Assembly (NCBI GenBank): GCA_031366005.1
Contig: JANLZB010000029.1
Location: 24,393 to 88,392, forward strand
Reading direction: 5' to 3'
From: Bacteroidota bacterium
Lineage (GTDB): Bacteria > Bacteroidota > Bacteroidia > AKYH767-A > OLB10
Length of the DNA stretch: 64,000 bases
Below, piece by piece: positions 28,050 to 38,513 of the stretch. A program made the position numbers and the translations under genes. The notes beneath the pieces were generated by a model. It was not told the origin of the DNA. It did not search any database and worked only from the letters and a program-made list of their open reading frames with translations. Position 1 is the stretch's first letter. Each line of letters starts with the position of its first letter.

Positions 28050-30344
28050 ATGGTTCGTCATAATTCAATAAAATCATTGTTAGTTCCATTGCAAAAGCGA
28101 TGGTATGTGATTGTGATTTTTATTTTGATTGCTGCTATTGCTGCCACAAGATATTTATATGTTGCAACACCCACGTACCAGGCAAGCTGCACCCTGAAAA
28201 TTGAAGACCAGGAAACCAGCAATACAAATCTCTATCGCGACTTTGATGTGTTTAAAACAAATACTAAAGTGCAATCGGAAGTAGAAGTGTTGCGCTCGCA
28301 TTACCTATTTGAAAAAGCATTGGATAAATTGGATTTCAATGTAGAATATTACCGTGTGGGTGAAATGGCGGATGAAGAATTATATCACAACTGTCCGTTC
28401 AAATTAAACTTTACAACTACTGACAGCAGTTTTTATGATCAACATTTTGATTTCAGTTATCTTGGAGGCTATCGTTATAAAATAACTTATCAGCAGGGCA
28501 ATCAGAAAACAATAAGAGAAGCCAAGTTAGGACAAGAAATTTGCGAAAAAGAATGGTGCATCACAATCACGAAAGATGAAAATGTAGCTAACTATAAAAC
28601 AAAAGCAGCATTAGCTGATCAATACCGGTTTGCGATTTATTCAAAATATGCATTGGTTTCGCACCTGATGAATAAGGATTACATCGTGCGTGCAATTGAT
28701 AAAGATGTAAATATTGTTAAGCTGTATTATAAACATCCCGTTCCGGAAAAAGCAATGCGGTTGGTTAATGCTGTTGCAGAGGCATATATAGAACAAGGTA
28801 TTAATGATAAAAAAGATTATGCAGGAAACACGGTTGATTTTATCAATCAGCAACTGGCCATTGTGGGAGGAGAATTGGAGAAAGCAAAGGTTGCTATCAA
28901 ACAGTATAAAATAAAAAATGAGATTGTAAATATTCCTCAGCAAACGGATGCTACATTCAGAACATTGAGCCAGCTTGAATTGCAAAAAGTGGATATCAAT
29001 ATGCAATTAGCGGTGCTCGAAAACATGAGCGAATATTTGAGAAGAAATAAGGAATTAAACATATCAGGACCTGATTACAGCAGCATAACAGACCCGCTAT
29101 TTACTGAAGGTGTTTCAAAACTAAATAACAAATTGCGCGAACGCGAAACACTTGAAGCCAAATACACCAATGAAGATGATCACATAGGAAATATTGATAA
29201 AGAAATTACTCAGTTGCGTGCATATCTGGTGGAAAGTATAAACAACACAAGAAAAAAATTACTTATCAAACAGGATGAAATTTTTTCTTCCATTAATGAA
29301 CAGAAAGCAAGCTTTGAAGGCGTACCTGAAAAAGAAAGCACACTGAATGAACTAAACCGTAATTTTCTTTTATATGAAAAAGTTTATAATTTCTTAATAG
29401 AAAAAAGAACGGAAGCCATCATCACCCAACAGGTGAATATATCTTTCAACAGAATATTAGAAGAAGCAAATATTCCGCGCACTGCCGTATTTCCAATTCC
29501 TGAAGTGGTGTGGAGTGTTGCGTTGTTCATTGGTTTGATACTTGGAATTGTCGCAGCATATGTACGCCATGCAATGAAATCCTTAGTAAGCAATCGTGAA
29601 GACATTGAAAAAATTTCAACCATTCCGTTTATCGGGAATGTTGAACGTTTTACAAAAGCCGGAAGAGGTTACAATACTTTCACTTCGCTCACCACACGCA
29701 TTTTGCTTACACAACAACACCAGGGTAAGATGCTGATAACTGTTACCTCCACAACCTGCGGTGAAGGAAAATCTTTTATTGCTGCCAACATAGCACGCAC
29801 TTTGGCTGCTATGGATAAAAAAGTTTTGTTGCTTGATATTAATCCACACAGCCCTACATTGTGTAATATGTTTGATGTGAGAACGCATCATGGCATTGCA
29901 GATGTATATCGCAACACCATGAAATTACAGGACGTGATAAACATTACTTCGTTTCCAAATCTTGATTTAATTAACACTGGTGATGAGGCGGAAACCATCA
30001 GTCATTTACTGGCAACAGAAAAAACCAGCGAGATTTTAAATGAGTTGCGTAGTCAATACGACATTGTGATTGTTGATACACCTGAAGTTGGAAAATATAC
30101 TGACGCTATTCCTTTTATGAAATGGAGTGATATGAATTTATATGTTGTAAAAGCTGACTCCACCAAAACAGAATTGGTTGCTAATGCAGAATTGGTAAAA
30201 GAAGAATACCGTTTGCAGGAAGTTTACTTTGTGCTGAATGCAATGAACGAAAAGAAAAATCATACCGGCTATTTAAATGCGAAAAGTTTTAATGCAAAGC
30301 GCAAAAAAATAATTCCGCAAATAACCTCTTTGTTTGCCTGGTAA
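28050..30344 (+). CDS. wzc: Polysaccharide co-polymerase/BY-kinase (Wzc/ExoP/GumC family; Wzz domain plus C-terminal P-loop)
   Basis: N-terminal transmembrane helix, a long coiled-coil periplasmic Wzz domain, a second transmembrane helix, then a Walker A motif (TSTTCGEGKS) and the DTP Walker B motif (IVIVDTPEVG). Confidence 0.85.
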   Translation: MVRHNSIKSLLVPLQKRWYVIVIFILIAAIAATRYLYVATPTYQASCTLKIEDQETSNTNLYRDFDVFKTNTKVQSEVEVLRSHYLFEKALDKLDFNVEYYRVGEMADEELYHNCPFKLNFTTTDSSFYDQHFDFSYLGGYRYKITYQQGNQKTIREAKLGQEICEKEWCITITKDENVANYKTKAALADQYRFAIYSKYALVSHLMNKDYIVRAIDKDVNIVKLYYKHPVPEKAMRLVNAVAEAYIEQGINDKKDYAGNTVDFINQQLAIVGGELEKAKVAIKQYKIKNEIVNIPQQTDATFRTLSQLELQKVDINMQLAVLENMSEYLRRNKELNISGPDYSSITDPLFTEGVSKLNNKLRERETLEAKYTNEDDHIGNIDKEITQLRAYLVESINNTRKKLLIKQDEIFSSINEQKASFEGVPEKESTLNELNRNFLLYEKVYNFLIEKRTEAIITQQVNISFNRILEEANIPRTAVFPIPEVVWSVALFIGLILGIVAAYVRHAMKSLVSNREDIEKISTIPFIGNVERFTKAGRGYNTFTSLTTRILLTQQHQGKMLITVTSTTCGEGKSFIAANIARTLAAMDKKVLLLDINPHSPTLCNMFDVRTHHGIADVYRNTMKLQDVINITSFPNLDLINTGDEAETISHLLATEKTSEILNELRSQYDIVIVDTPEVGKYTDAIPFMKWSDMNLYVVKADSTKTELVANAELVKEEYRLQEVYFVLNAMNEKKNHTGYLNAKSFNAKRKKIIPQITSLFAW

Positions 30345-30346
30345 TT

Positions 30347-31609
30347 ATGCAACTTTCCATTCCGGTTACAAAAAAATTTCTTAAAAACTCTACACTCCTC
30401 GTTTACACTGATCAGTTAATAGTAAGCGGACTGAGTTTTCTTTCAGGCATCACGCTTGCACGTTTATTGGGTGTTCAGGGTTTTGGTATTTATTCTATAG
30501 CATGGTTGGGTGTATTGATTGCAAGCAGCATTAATCAGCCTTTTATCATAACCCCAATGCTAACATTGAGTGCTAAAAAAGCGGGAAACGATCAGGAAAA
30601 TTATTTACAGGCGATTGTATTCAAGCAATTATTTTTTGCTGCATTTATGTCATTCATCGCATTTATTGCTGTGATTGTTATGAGTTTTGTTCTGCATGAC
30701 TGGAAGGTGGACAGCATCATCATTGCATTTCCATTAGCGGTGTTTTCCTTTTTATTACAGGATTTTTTCAGACGTTATTTTTTTATCATCAAGCGTCAGC
30801 ACATTGCATTGATTATTGACCTCATTGCTTATGGAGGAGTTTTACTCTGCGCGTTTTGCATTCATTTCTTCAGAGATATGGATGCACAGTTTATTTTGTT
30901 GTTAACGGCACTATTCTTTTTATATGCATCACTCACAGCACTATTCTGCTTGCCGCAATTAAAATTTAATTTAGAAAATATTCGATCAACAATATCAGAG
31001 CATTGGAATTTTTCCAAATGGCTGACAGCTACTGCTGTATTGCAATGGTTTTCCGGAAACTTATTCATCATTGCCGCAGGCGCCATCTTAGGTCCTGTAG
31101 CTGTGGGTGCAACACGCATGGCACAAAATATTGTAGGAGTAACGCATGTTTTATTTCTTGCAATGGAAAATATTATTCCATCGCGTGCAGCAAAAGCCCA
31201 GCAGGTGGGAGGCAATGAAAAAATGTTTAAATACCTCTGGAAATTTACGCTTCAAATGGGAATGATAACCTTTTCAATCCTTGCATTGATCTCCATTTTT
31301 TCATCACAGATAATTGAAATATGTTATGGATCAACGTATCTTGAATACAAAAATGTATTGATTGGTTTTTGCCTTTTATATGTGATTGTATTTTTAGGTT
31401 ATCCGTTGCGTTATGCAATCCGCACCATGGAAAACACCAGGCTTATTTTCATTTCATTTATAGTTAGTTCTGCATTTAGTTTGTTATGTGCATACCCGAT
31501 AATTAAAAACTTCGGGCTTTATGGAGTTGTTGCAGGTTTAATGATCACACAATTAATTACTCTCGGAATTTATATGTGGTCGTTGAGAAAAATGATCCGG
31601 TGGATCTGA
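30347..31609 (+). CDS. wzx: Wzx-type oligosaccharide flippase (MOP/polysaccharide biosynthesis protein family)
   Basis: About 12 predicted transmembrane helices in 420 aa. The start codon lies 3 nt after the wzc stop. Confidence 0.7.
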   Translation: MQLSIPVTKKFLKNSTLLVYTDQLIVSGLSFLSGITLARLLGVQGFGIYSIAWLGVLIASSINQPFIITPMLTLSAKKAGNDQENYLQAIVFKQLFFAAFMSFIAFIAVIVMSFVLHDWKVDSIIIAFPLAVFSFLLQDFFRRYFFIIKRQHIALIIDLIAYGGVLLCAFCIHFFRDMDAQFILLLTALFFLYASLTALFCLPQLKFNLENIRSTISEHWNFSKWLTATAVLQWFSGNLFIIAAGAILGPVAVGATRMAQNIVGVTHVLFLAMENIIPSRAAKAQQVGGNEKMFKYLWKFTLQMGMITFSILALISIFSSQIIEICYGSTYLEYKNVLIGFCLLYVIVFLGYPLRYAIRTMENTRLIFISFIVSSAFSLLCAYPIIKNFGLYGVVAGLMITQLITLGIYMWSLRKMIRWI

Positions 31610-31642
31610 TCTTTATTTTTCCAAGTATCAAAAGTTTTTATT

Positions 31643-32449
31643 TTATAAACTGATCTGTAGTCCGCAAAGAAAAATGTATTCAACACCATACACTTTATGT
31701 TTTGCGCGACCGGCACCTGCAACTAAAACATTATTATAATTGGCATACACACCTTTTAAAGTTGTTTCCATAAAAAAGTATTTAAGAAAATCAAAACGAA
31801 AACCGCTTTCAACACCTGTAATATATCCTGCTACATGATACCTGTCATTGCGATTGACTCCGAAAATAGTTACATCGCTTCGCGGATAAACAAAACCAAA
31901 TCCATATTTAAAGACAGCACCAAGCCACAACTTATTGTTTTTACTGTGAAGAAGATTTTGTCTTTTAATAATATTTATCAAACAAAAATTAGCACCGTTA
32001 CTATGCTCAAAAGTTAAAAAGTCTGCTCTCACCACTGTGTCCTGATCAAATTCCTGATCATTAATCTCACCTTTTAAATGCAGGTTCTGATTCCGCAGCA
32101 TCACATACTTAGCGTGATCATAATTAATTTCAAAACCAATATCTCTTTTGTTGTTTAACCAATATCCAATTCGAAAAGAATACTGAGGAATAGTTATGTC
32201 TTCATTCAACAAATGTTTTAATCCATCGCGGTCAACGGCTTTAACGCCCGATAAAGTAAAATCATAATTATTAGTCGTGTGATCTCTGAAATGCAAAGTG
32301 CTTTTTGCATACCAATCAAGGTTGTATCCTCCGGTAATATAAAAGGTTCCTTTTCCTTTTATAGATTGCTGAGGGCAATTACATTTTTCCTGCGCAGAAA
32401 CGCGAAATGAGAATGCAAAAATTAATGCGATGCCGAACAGGTGCTTCAT
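31643..32449 (-). CDS. Hypothetical outer-membrane beta-barrel protein
   Basis: Signal peptide MKHLFGIALIFAFSFRVSAQ, a Tyr/Gly-rich alternating pattern, and a C-terminal aromatic residue. Confidence 0.5.
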   Translation of the reverse strand: MKHLFGIALIFAFSFRVSAQEKCNCPQQSIKGKGTFYITGGYNLDWYAKSTLHFRDHTTNNYDFTLSGVKAVDRDGLKHLLNEDITIPQYSFRIGYWLNNKRDIGFEINYDHAKYVMLRNQNLHLKGEINDQEFDQDTVVRADFLTFEHSNGANFCLINIIKRQNLLHSKNNKLWLGAVFKYGFGFVYPRSDVTIFGVNRNDRYHVAGYITGVESGFRFDFLKYFFMETTLKGVYANYNNVLVAGAGRAKHKVYGVEYIFLCGLQISL

Positions 32450-32548
32450 AAATATTTGAGGGAATTTGAGGGGTGTGCAAATATATCCTGTTTTATTTTC
32501 AGCTTAAGTATTTCTTAAATACTTTTAGAAAAAATTTATATAATTCAA

Positions 32549-34243
32549 ATGTCAAATCAGGAAATAGCTGAAATATTGGATCAGACTGCAAAGTTGATGT
32601 CATTGCATGATGAGAATCCTTTTAAAGTGAAATCATATCAAACTGCTGCTTTTAAATTAGAGAGAAATCAGGAAGATTTAAATGGAAAAACAGCAGCTGA
32701 ATTAGAGAAAGTGGATGGCATTGGTAAAAGCTTAAGCGTTAAAATATTTGATCTGTTAAACAAAAGTGTTTTTGAAGATTTGAATCGTTTAATGCAACAA
32801 ACTCCGGAAGGGGTTTTGCAGATGATGCATATTAAAGGCATCGGTCCAAAAAAAGTTTCAGTGTTGTGGAAAGAACTGGGTGTTGAAACCATCGGAGAGC
32901 TGATGTATGCATGTAAAGAAAACCGGCTGATAGAACTAAAAGGTTTTGGTGCGAAAACGCAAGAGCAGGTTTTGAAAGCACTTGAATTTACAATCTCTAA
33001 CCAGGGATTGTTTCACTATGCCACGGTGGATGTTTTTGCGAATGAATTTGAAATCCTTTTAAAGAAAAAATTTCAATACTTAATAGTTTCAAGAACGGGT
33101 TCGTTAAGAAGAAAAAACGAAGTGCTGGACGCAGCTGAATTTGTGGTGGCTTCAGTTGATTTAAAAGAAATTAAAAATGTTACAGACAGCATTGATTTAT
33201 TTGATCAAACTAAAACAGAGATTACTGATAATAAATTAAGATTAGTAACCACACATAATTTAAAAGTAATTATTCATGCAAGTGAAAAATCACATTTTGC
33301 TTTAGATCTTTTTAATACTTCTGGAAATGCAGATCACTTGGAAAAACTAAAATCAATTTCCGGCTTTGAAAAACTTACAACTGAAAACTTTAGTAACGAA
33401 GAAGAAATTTACCGCTCGTTGAATCTTACGTTTATCGAACCTGAATTGCGCGAAGGATTGAATGAAATAGAATGGGCACAACAAAATAAATTACCGAAGC
33501 TTGTTGAGTTAACGGATCTAAAAGGAATATTACATAATCATTCTACTTATAGTGATGGAATTCATACGCTGGAGCAAATGGCTTCGCATTGCAAAGAGTT
33601 GGGTTATGAATATTTAGGTATTTGTGATCATAGCAAGAGTGCTTTTTATGCAAATGGTTTACAACCCGAAAGAGTATTGCAACAACATGCAGAGATTGAT
33701 GAGCTGAATAAAAAACTTGCTCCGTTTCATATCTTCAAAGGAATTGAATCAGATATTTTAAATGATGGATCATTGGATTATGACGAAGACATACTTCAAA
33801 AATTTGATTTTATTGTAGCGTCTGTTCATTCTAATTTAAGAATGAGTGAAGAGAAAGCAACCCAACGTGTGATTGCTGCAGTAAAAAATCCTTACACAAC
33901 AATTTTAGGACATCCAACAGGAAGATTATTGTTAGCGCGTGAAGGTTATCCCATTGATCATAAAGCGGTGATTGATGCGTGTGCTGAGCATGGTGTGGTG
34001 ATTGAATTGAATGCACATCCTTACCGTTTAGATCTTGATTGGAGATGGCTTCAATATGCATTAAGTAAAGGAGTAAAAATCTCGATCAACCCTGATGCAC
34101 ACAGCAAAGAAGAATATTCAAACATGTATTATGGTGTGTGTGTTGCAAGAAAAGGAGGGTTAACAAAAGAGAATACTTTTAATGCTTTGAGTAAAGAGGA
34201 GATTGAAAAAAATTTTATAAATCGTAAATTGATTCACCAGTAA
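32549..34243 (+). CDS. polX: DNA polymerase/3'-5' exonuclease PolX (family X polymerase with C-terminal PHP domain)
   Basis: N-terminal HhH/Pol-beta-like region followed by a PHP domain with His motifs (ILHNHSTYSDG, ICDHS, ASVHS, LGHPTGR). Confidence 0.85.
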   Translation: MSNQEIAEILDQTAKLMSLHDENPFKVKSYQTAAFKLERNQEDLNGKTAAELEKVDGIGKSLSVKIFDLLNKSVFEDLNRLMQQTPEGVLQMMHIKGIGPKKVSVLWKELGVETIGELMYACKENRLIELKGFGAKTQEQVLKALEFTISNQGLFHYATVDVFANEFEILLKKKFQYLIVSRTGSLRRKNEVLDAAEFVVASVDLKEIKNVTDSIDLFDQTKTEITDNKLRLVTTHNLKVIIHASEKSHFALDLFNTSGNADHLEKLKSISGFEKLTTENFSNEEEIYRSLNLTFIEPELREGLNEIEWAQQNKLPKLVELTDLKGILHNHSTYSDGIHTLEQMASHCKELGYEYLGICDHSKSAFYANGLQPERVLQQHAEIDELNKKLAPFHIFKGIESDILNDGSLDYDEDILQKFDFIVASVHSNLRMSEEKATQRVIAAVKNPYTTILGHPTGRLLLAREGYPIDHKAVIDACAEHGVVIELNAHPYRLDLDWRWLQYALSKGVKISINPDAHSKEEYSNMYYGVCVARKGGLTKENTFNALSKEEIEKNFINRKLIHQ

Positions 34244-34274
34244 AATATTCCAAATCTTTAAGATTTGGAATATT
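34244..34274. promoter_or_regulatory. Perfect 31-nt AT-rich palindrome immediately after the polX stop and upstream of the GH3 gene
   Basis: aatattccaaatctt-t-aagatttggaatatt; every position pairs across the centre. Confidence 0.7.
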
Positions 34275-34315
34275 TAAACAGAATAAATCTAAATATCCAA
34301 AATCATAAATCTATA

Positions 34316-35836
34316 ATGTCCTTTCTCTCTTCCGTCTTCTCCTGGTTTATTAAACAACGTATTCATCAAATTGAGTTGTTTATAAAATATCCACATGAAG
34401 TGCAGGAAGATTTATTGCGTAAGCTTGTTTCTCAGGCACGTTACACGGAATGGGGAAGGCAACATGATTATTCATCAATTGAAAATGCTGAACAATTTAA
34501 ACAGCGGGTTCCATTGCAGGATTATGAAACATTAAAGCCCTATATTTTTCGTTTAAAAAATGGCGAACAAAATTTATTGTGGAACACAGAAATTAAATGG
34601 TTTGCAAAATCATCGGGCACCACAAATGATAAATCCAAATTCATTCCTGTAAGCGCTGAAGCATTGGAAGAGTGTCATTTTAAAGGTGGAAAAGATTTGC
34701 TCTGTATTTATTTTCATAACAAACCTGAATCAGAATTATTCAATGGTAAATTACTTACCATGGGTGGAAGCCAGCAGATCAATTCACTCAACAACGAATC
34801 TTATTATGGTGACCTGAGTGCAATACTGATACAAAATCTTCCGATATGGATTGAACTGTTCCGCACTCCGGGTGTTGATGTCGCATTGATGGATGAGTGG
34901 GAAAGTAAAATTGAAAAGATGGCGCGTATCACCATGACGGAAAATGTAACCAATATTGCGGGCGTTCCCTCATGGACTTTAGTTTTGTTAAAACGGGTTT
35001 TGGAATTAAGTGGCAAGCAAACATTAAACGAAGTGTGGCCCAATCTCGAATTGTTTGTGCATGGTGCAGTAAATTTTAGTCCTTATCGAGAACAATTCAA
35101 AAAAATGATTCCTAAAAATGAAATGTATTATCTTGAAACATATAATGCATCCGAAGGTTTTTTTGGCATTCAGGATCAACGCAATTCGGAAGAGATGTTG
35201 CTGATGCTGGATTACGGAATTTATTATGAGTTTATTCCTTTTAATGAAATCGATAATGCACAGGAAAAAACGGTAGGGCTGCACGAAGTAAAATTGAATG
35301 AGCAATATGCAATGGTAATAACTACCAATGCAGGATTGTGGAGATATAAAATCGGTGACACTATAACCTTCACATCATTGAGTCCATATCGCATTCGCAT
35401 TACAGGACGCACAGCGCATTTCATCAATGCGTTTGGCGAAGAGTTAATTATTGACAATGCAGAAAAAGCGTTGTCAGAAAGTTGCAAAAGCACCGGAGCC
35501 GTAATTCGTGAATACACTGCTGCTCCTGTTTATTTTTCTGAACAGGCAAGTGGAGCTCATGAGTGGCTCATTGAATTTGAACAAGAGCCATCGGATATTG
35601 ATCAATTTGCAAATGCGCTTGACGAAGCACTTAAAAAATTAAACTCTGATTATGAAGCAAAACGTTATCATGATAAAGTACTGCGAAATCCGCTGATACG
35701 AAAAATGCCTGCAGGTACGTTTTACAACTGGCTGAAATCAAAAGATAAAATCGGTGGGCAGTATAAAGTACCACGCCTTGCAAACAATCGTAAATTTGCA
35801 GATGATATTTTATCGTTCATTAATGCAGTAGCATGA
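34316..35836 (+). CDS. GH3-family (auxin-responsive-promoter/acyl-acid amido synthetase-like) adenylate-forming enzyme
   Basis: Bacteroidetes GH3-type N-terminus MSFLSSVFSWFIKQRIHQIE with the ANL-superfamily core (FAKSSGTT, YNASEG). The start was moved to the internal Met at 34316. Confidence 0.75.
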   Translation: MSFLSSVFSWFIKQRIHQIELFIKYPHEVQEDLLRKLVSQARYTEWGRQHDYSSIENAEQFKQRVPLQDYETLKPYIFRLKNGEQNLLWNTEIKWFAKSSGTTNDKSKFIPVSAEALEECHFKGGKDLLCIYFHNKPESELFNGKLLTMGGSQQINSLNNESYYGDLSAILIQNLPIWIELFRTPGVDVALMDEWESKIEKMARITMTENVTNIAGVPSWTLVLLKRVLELSGKQTLNEVWPNLELFVHGAVNFSPYREQFKKMIPKNEMYYLETYNASEGFFGIQDQRNSEEMLLMLDYGIYYEFIPFNEIDNAQEKTVGLHEVKLNEQYAMVITTNAGLWRYKIGDTITFTSLSPYRIRITGRTAHFINAFGEELIIDNAEKALSESCKSTGAVIREYTAAPVYFSEQASGAHEWLIEFEQEPSDIDQFANALDEALKKLNSDYEAKRYHDKVLRNPLIRKMPAGTFYNWLKSKDKIGGQYKVPRLANNRKFADDILSFINAVA

Positions 35837-36624
35837 AAAAAATTATAAGCATTCTCTTTTTGTTGGTATTGCATTTCACATTACATGCACAACAATTATT
35901 CACACCATTATTTGAAATTAATACTGATGCAGATTTTTTTACTGTAGATGCTTTAGGGAATTCTTACCTGGTTAATGGTTCTGAAATCGTGAAGCTGGAT
36001 GATAAAGGAGAGTTGTATTCCAGGTTCAACAAAAAAGATTATGGCAATATAACTTATGTGGATGCACGTGACCCATTGCGTGTGCTTGTTTTTTATAAAT
36101 CATTTGCCGCATTACGTATCCTTGATAATAAACTGGCGGAGCAAAGTGTCATTGATCTCCGTACGCTTGAATTGCAGGATCCCACATTAATTTGCAGTGC
36201 TGATGTGCAGGGATTCTGGGTGTATGATAACACAACTTCACGGTTAACAAAATACAATGCACAGCTACAGGCCATCTCCATCAGCAATGATTTAAACAAA
36301 ACTGTGAACGAAAAAATTAATGCAACTATGCTGATGGAATCAGACAACTGGTTAGTGATGAATAACGGCAGTGATGTTTTGGTTTTTGATAAGCTTGGTA
36401 ATTTTTTTAAACCTGTTGTCATTCCCGAAGGCACATCACAAATACAAATGATGCGGGATAACTTAGTAATGTTCAACATAAGCAAAATGACCTCCATTGA
36501 TCTACGCAAAGGAAACACCACAGAAATGGATTTGCCAATGAGTTGTGCCGCCTGCAAATACATTGTGAGTGCAGGACATTTATATACACTCGAAAAAAAT
36601 AAGTTGAAAGCATTTACTTTTTAA
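35833..36624 (+). CDS. Hypothetical secreted protein
   Basis: Signal peptide MKKIISILFLLVLHFTLHAQ. Its start overlaps the upstream stop (ATGA), so it is translationally coupled to the GH3 gene. Confidence 0.5.
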   Translation: MKKIISILFLLVLHFTLHAQQLFTPLFEINTDADFFTVDALGNSYLVNGSEIVKLDDKGELYSRFNKKDYGNITYVDARDPLRVLVFYKSFAALRILDNKLAEQSVIDLRTLELQDPTLICSADVQGFWVYDNTTSRLTKYNAQLQAISISNDLNKTVNEKINATMLMESDNWLVMNNGSDVLVFDKLGNFFKPVVIPEGTSQIQMMRDNLVMFNISKMTSIDLRKGNTTEMDLPMSCAACKYIVSAGHLYTLEKNKLKAFTF

Positions 36625-36701
36625 GCCGACAAGTTTTCAACAAAGTTTGTCTATGCATCAGCATGCTTATACTTTTGAACACACCATAAAATTTTATTCT
36701 A

Positions 36702-37337
36702 TTGGCTACTGATAAAAAAACGTTGCATATTGCTGTTGCAGGAAATATAGGTTCTGGCAAAACAACGCTTACAACTTTACTCGCAAAAAATTTAAAGTGG
36801 GAACCGCACTATGAAGATGTAGATGATAATCCTTACCTGAATGATTTTTATGAGGACATGCAACGCTGGTCATTCAACCTGCAGATTTATTTTTTGAATT
36901 CGCGTTTCAACCAGGTTACTAAAATCCGTAAGAGCAGCAAAACAGTAATTCAGGATAGAACGATTTATGAAGATGCATACATCTTTGCTCCTAACTTGCA
37001 TGCAATGGGTTTGATGACCACCCGTGATTTCAATAATTACATTGAGTTGTTTAACCTGATGGGTAATTTCGTTCAGGCACCTGATTTATTAATTTATTTA
37101 CGCGGAACTGTTCCGGCACTTGTAAATCAAATTCAAAAACGTGGTCGTGCTTATGAAAATTCAATCCGTATTGATTACTTAAAACGTTTGAATGAACGTT
37201 ACGAAGCATGGATATCACAATATGATAATGGCAAACTTTTAATTATTGATATTGATGATATCAATTTTGCTGATAACCCTGAACATCTGGGAATGATCAT
37301 TAATAAAATCAATGCTGAGTTGCATGGATTGTTTTGA
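36702..37337 (+). CDS. Deoxynucleoside kinase
   Basis: P-loop VAGNIGSGKTT and the dNK-family ERS-like motif (QDRTIYED). Confidence 0.85.
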   Translation: MATDKKTLHIAVAGNIGSGKTTLTTLLAKNLKWEPHYEDVDDNPYLNDFYEDMQRWSFNLQIYFLNSRFNQVTKIRKSSKTVIQDRTIYEDAYIFAPNLHAMGLMTTRDFNNYIELFNLMGNFVQAPDLLIYLRGTVPALVNQIQKRGRAYENSIRIDYLKRLNERYEAWISQYDNGKLLIIDIDDINFADNPEHLGMIINKINAELHGLF

Positions 37338-37369
37338 GGCTGGTGATTGCAATAAAAATTCACAAAAAT

Positions 37370-38221
37370 TTACACAGGTAAATACTTAGAATGATCGTTA
37401 GTCTCAACAGGTTTTAATATTTTCCGCGTATCCTCAACTACACCATCAGGAAATTTAGAAACTCTTTTTGTTAAATGCGGATGTGAGCTTAACTTCTCCG
37501 CAAACCAATGCCAGAAACCATCTTCACGATTTTGTTGCATTATAAACTCTTTAGCATTTACTTCCTGATATAATTCTCGTCCTGCAGCAAGCACTAACAA
37601 TCCTGATTGCGCACCTTTGGGAGCAAGTGCATGTCCTATTCTGTCGCAGGTATATTCGCACGCACGCGAATAAGCACTATTCAAAAAAGGCACAATGAAA
37701 GTTGGAAACAAAAGCATGCGTTTTAAAATATGTTTACGCTTAATATGTCCTAATTCGTGACCGATAACAAAATCTAATGTCTCAGGATTTTTTGAAAATG
37801 CGAGCGCTAAAATTTCCGAATAAATAACCACATAATTCCGGCCAATAAACCTTGTGGCAAAAGCATTCAATGCGCCACCGCTTTGTAATAAATAGGAATC
37901 CGGAATTTTACTTAATCCAAGTTGTTGCGACTGCCGAACAATTGAATTATAAATATCAGGAAACTGGCGCTCTGTAATTTTTACTGCATTGCCTTTTATA
38001 TATCCAACTAATAAACCTAATTGTATAAAAATAAAGAACACGATTATCGCAGCATAAAACAAAATGATTTTGGAATATAGTTTTGCTATCGGGTTAGAAA
38101 AATCATTTAAACGATACAACACATATCCAATTATTGAATATAGAAATATGCTGATTATAACTTTAATGCCGAAGTATAAATTTTCTTTTGGATACACTTC
38201 ATAATGTACAGATTCGTTCAT
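37370..38221 (-). CDS. M48-family zinc metallopeptidase (membrane-anchored, HtpX-like)
   Basis: Two N-terminal transmembrane helices, the zinc motif GHELGHIKRKH (HExxH) and a downstream Glu. Confidence 0.8.
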   Translation of the reverse strand: MNESVHYEVYPKENLYFGIKVIISIFLYSIIGYVLYRLNDFSNPIAKLYSKIILFYAAIIVFFIFIQLGLLVGYIKGNAVKITERQFPDIYNSIVRQSQQLGLSKIPDSYLLQSGGALNAFATRFIGRNYVVIYSEILALAFSKNPETLDFVIGHELGHIKRKHILKRMLLFPTFIVPFLNSAYSRACEYTCDRIGHALAPKGAQSGLLVLAAGRELYQEVNAKEFIMQQNREDGFWHWFAEKLSSHPHLTKRVSKFPDGVVEDTRKILKPVETNDHSKYLPV

Positions 38222-38513
38222 TTTTTTAAGATTTACAGGATTAAGTAAGAGAGTAATAGTGTCTACAAAACAACGGATAATTATTTAAAAATAAAAAAAA
38301 GAATTCCCGTTGCTGAAAACTCTTTTTTTCTGTTGGGATTAACCCGGTTTAATTTCCTTGTTAGTTAAATTTTGAGCCATCATTAACTTGTTGTCAACGT
38401 TATTACAACTTGAAATAATTAAATATTTCAGAGTTATGAAAACCGTTATTCCTTTCATTAGTCAAATAAAAAGAAAAAACGGAAAACTTGCATTAGCATT
38501 ATCAGTTATTAAA

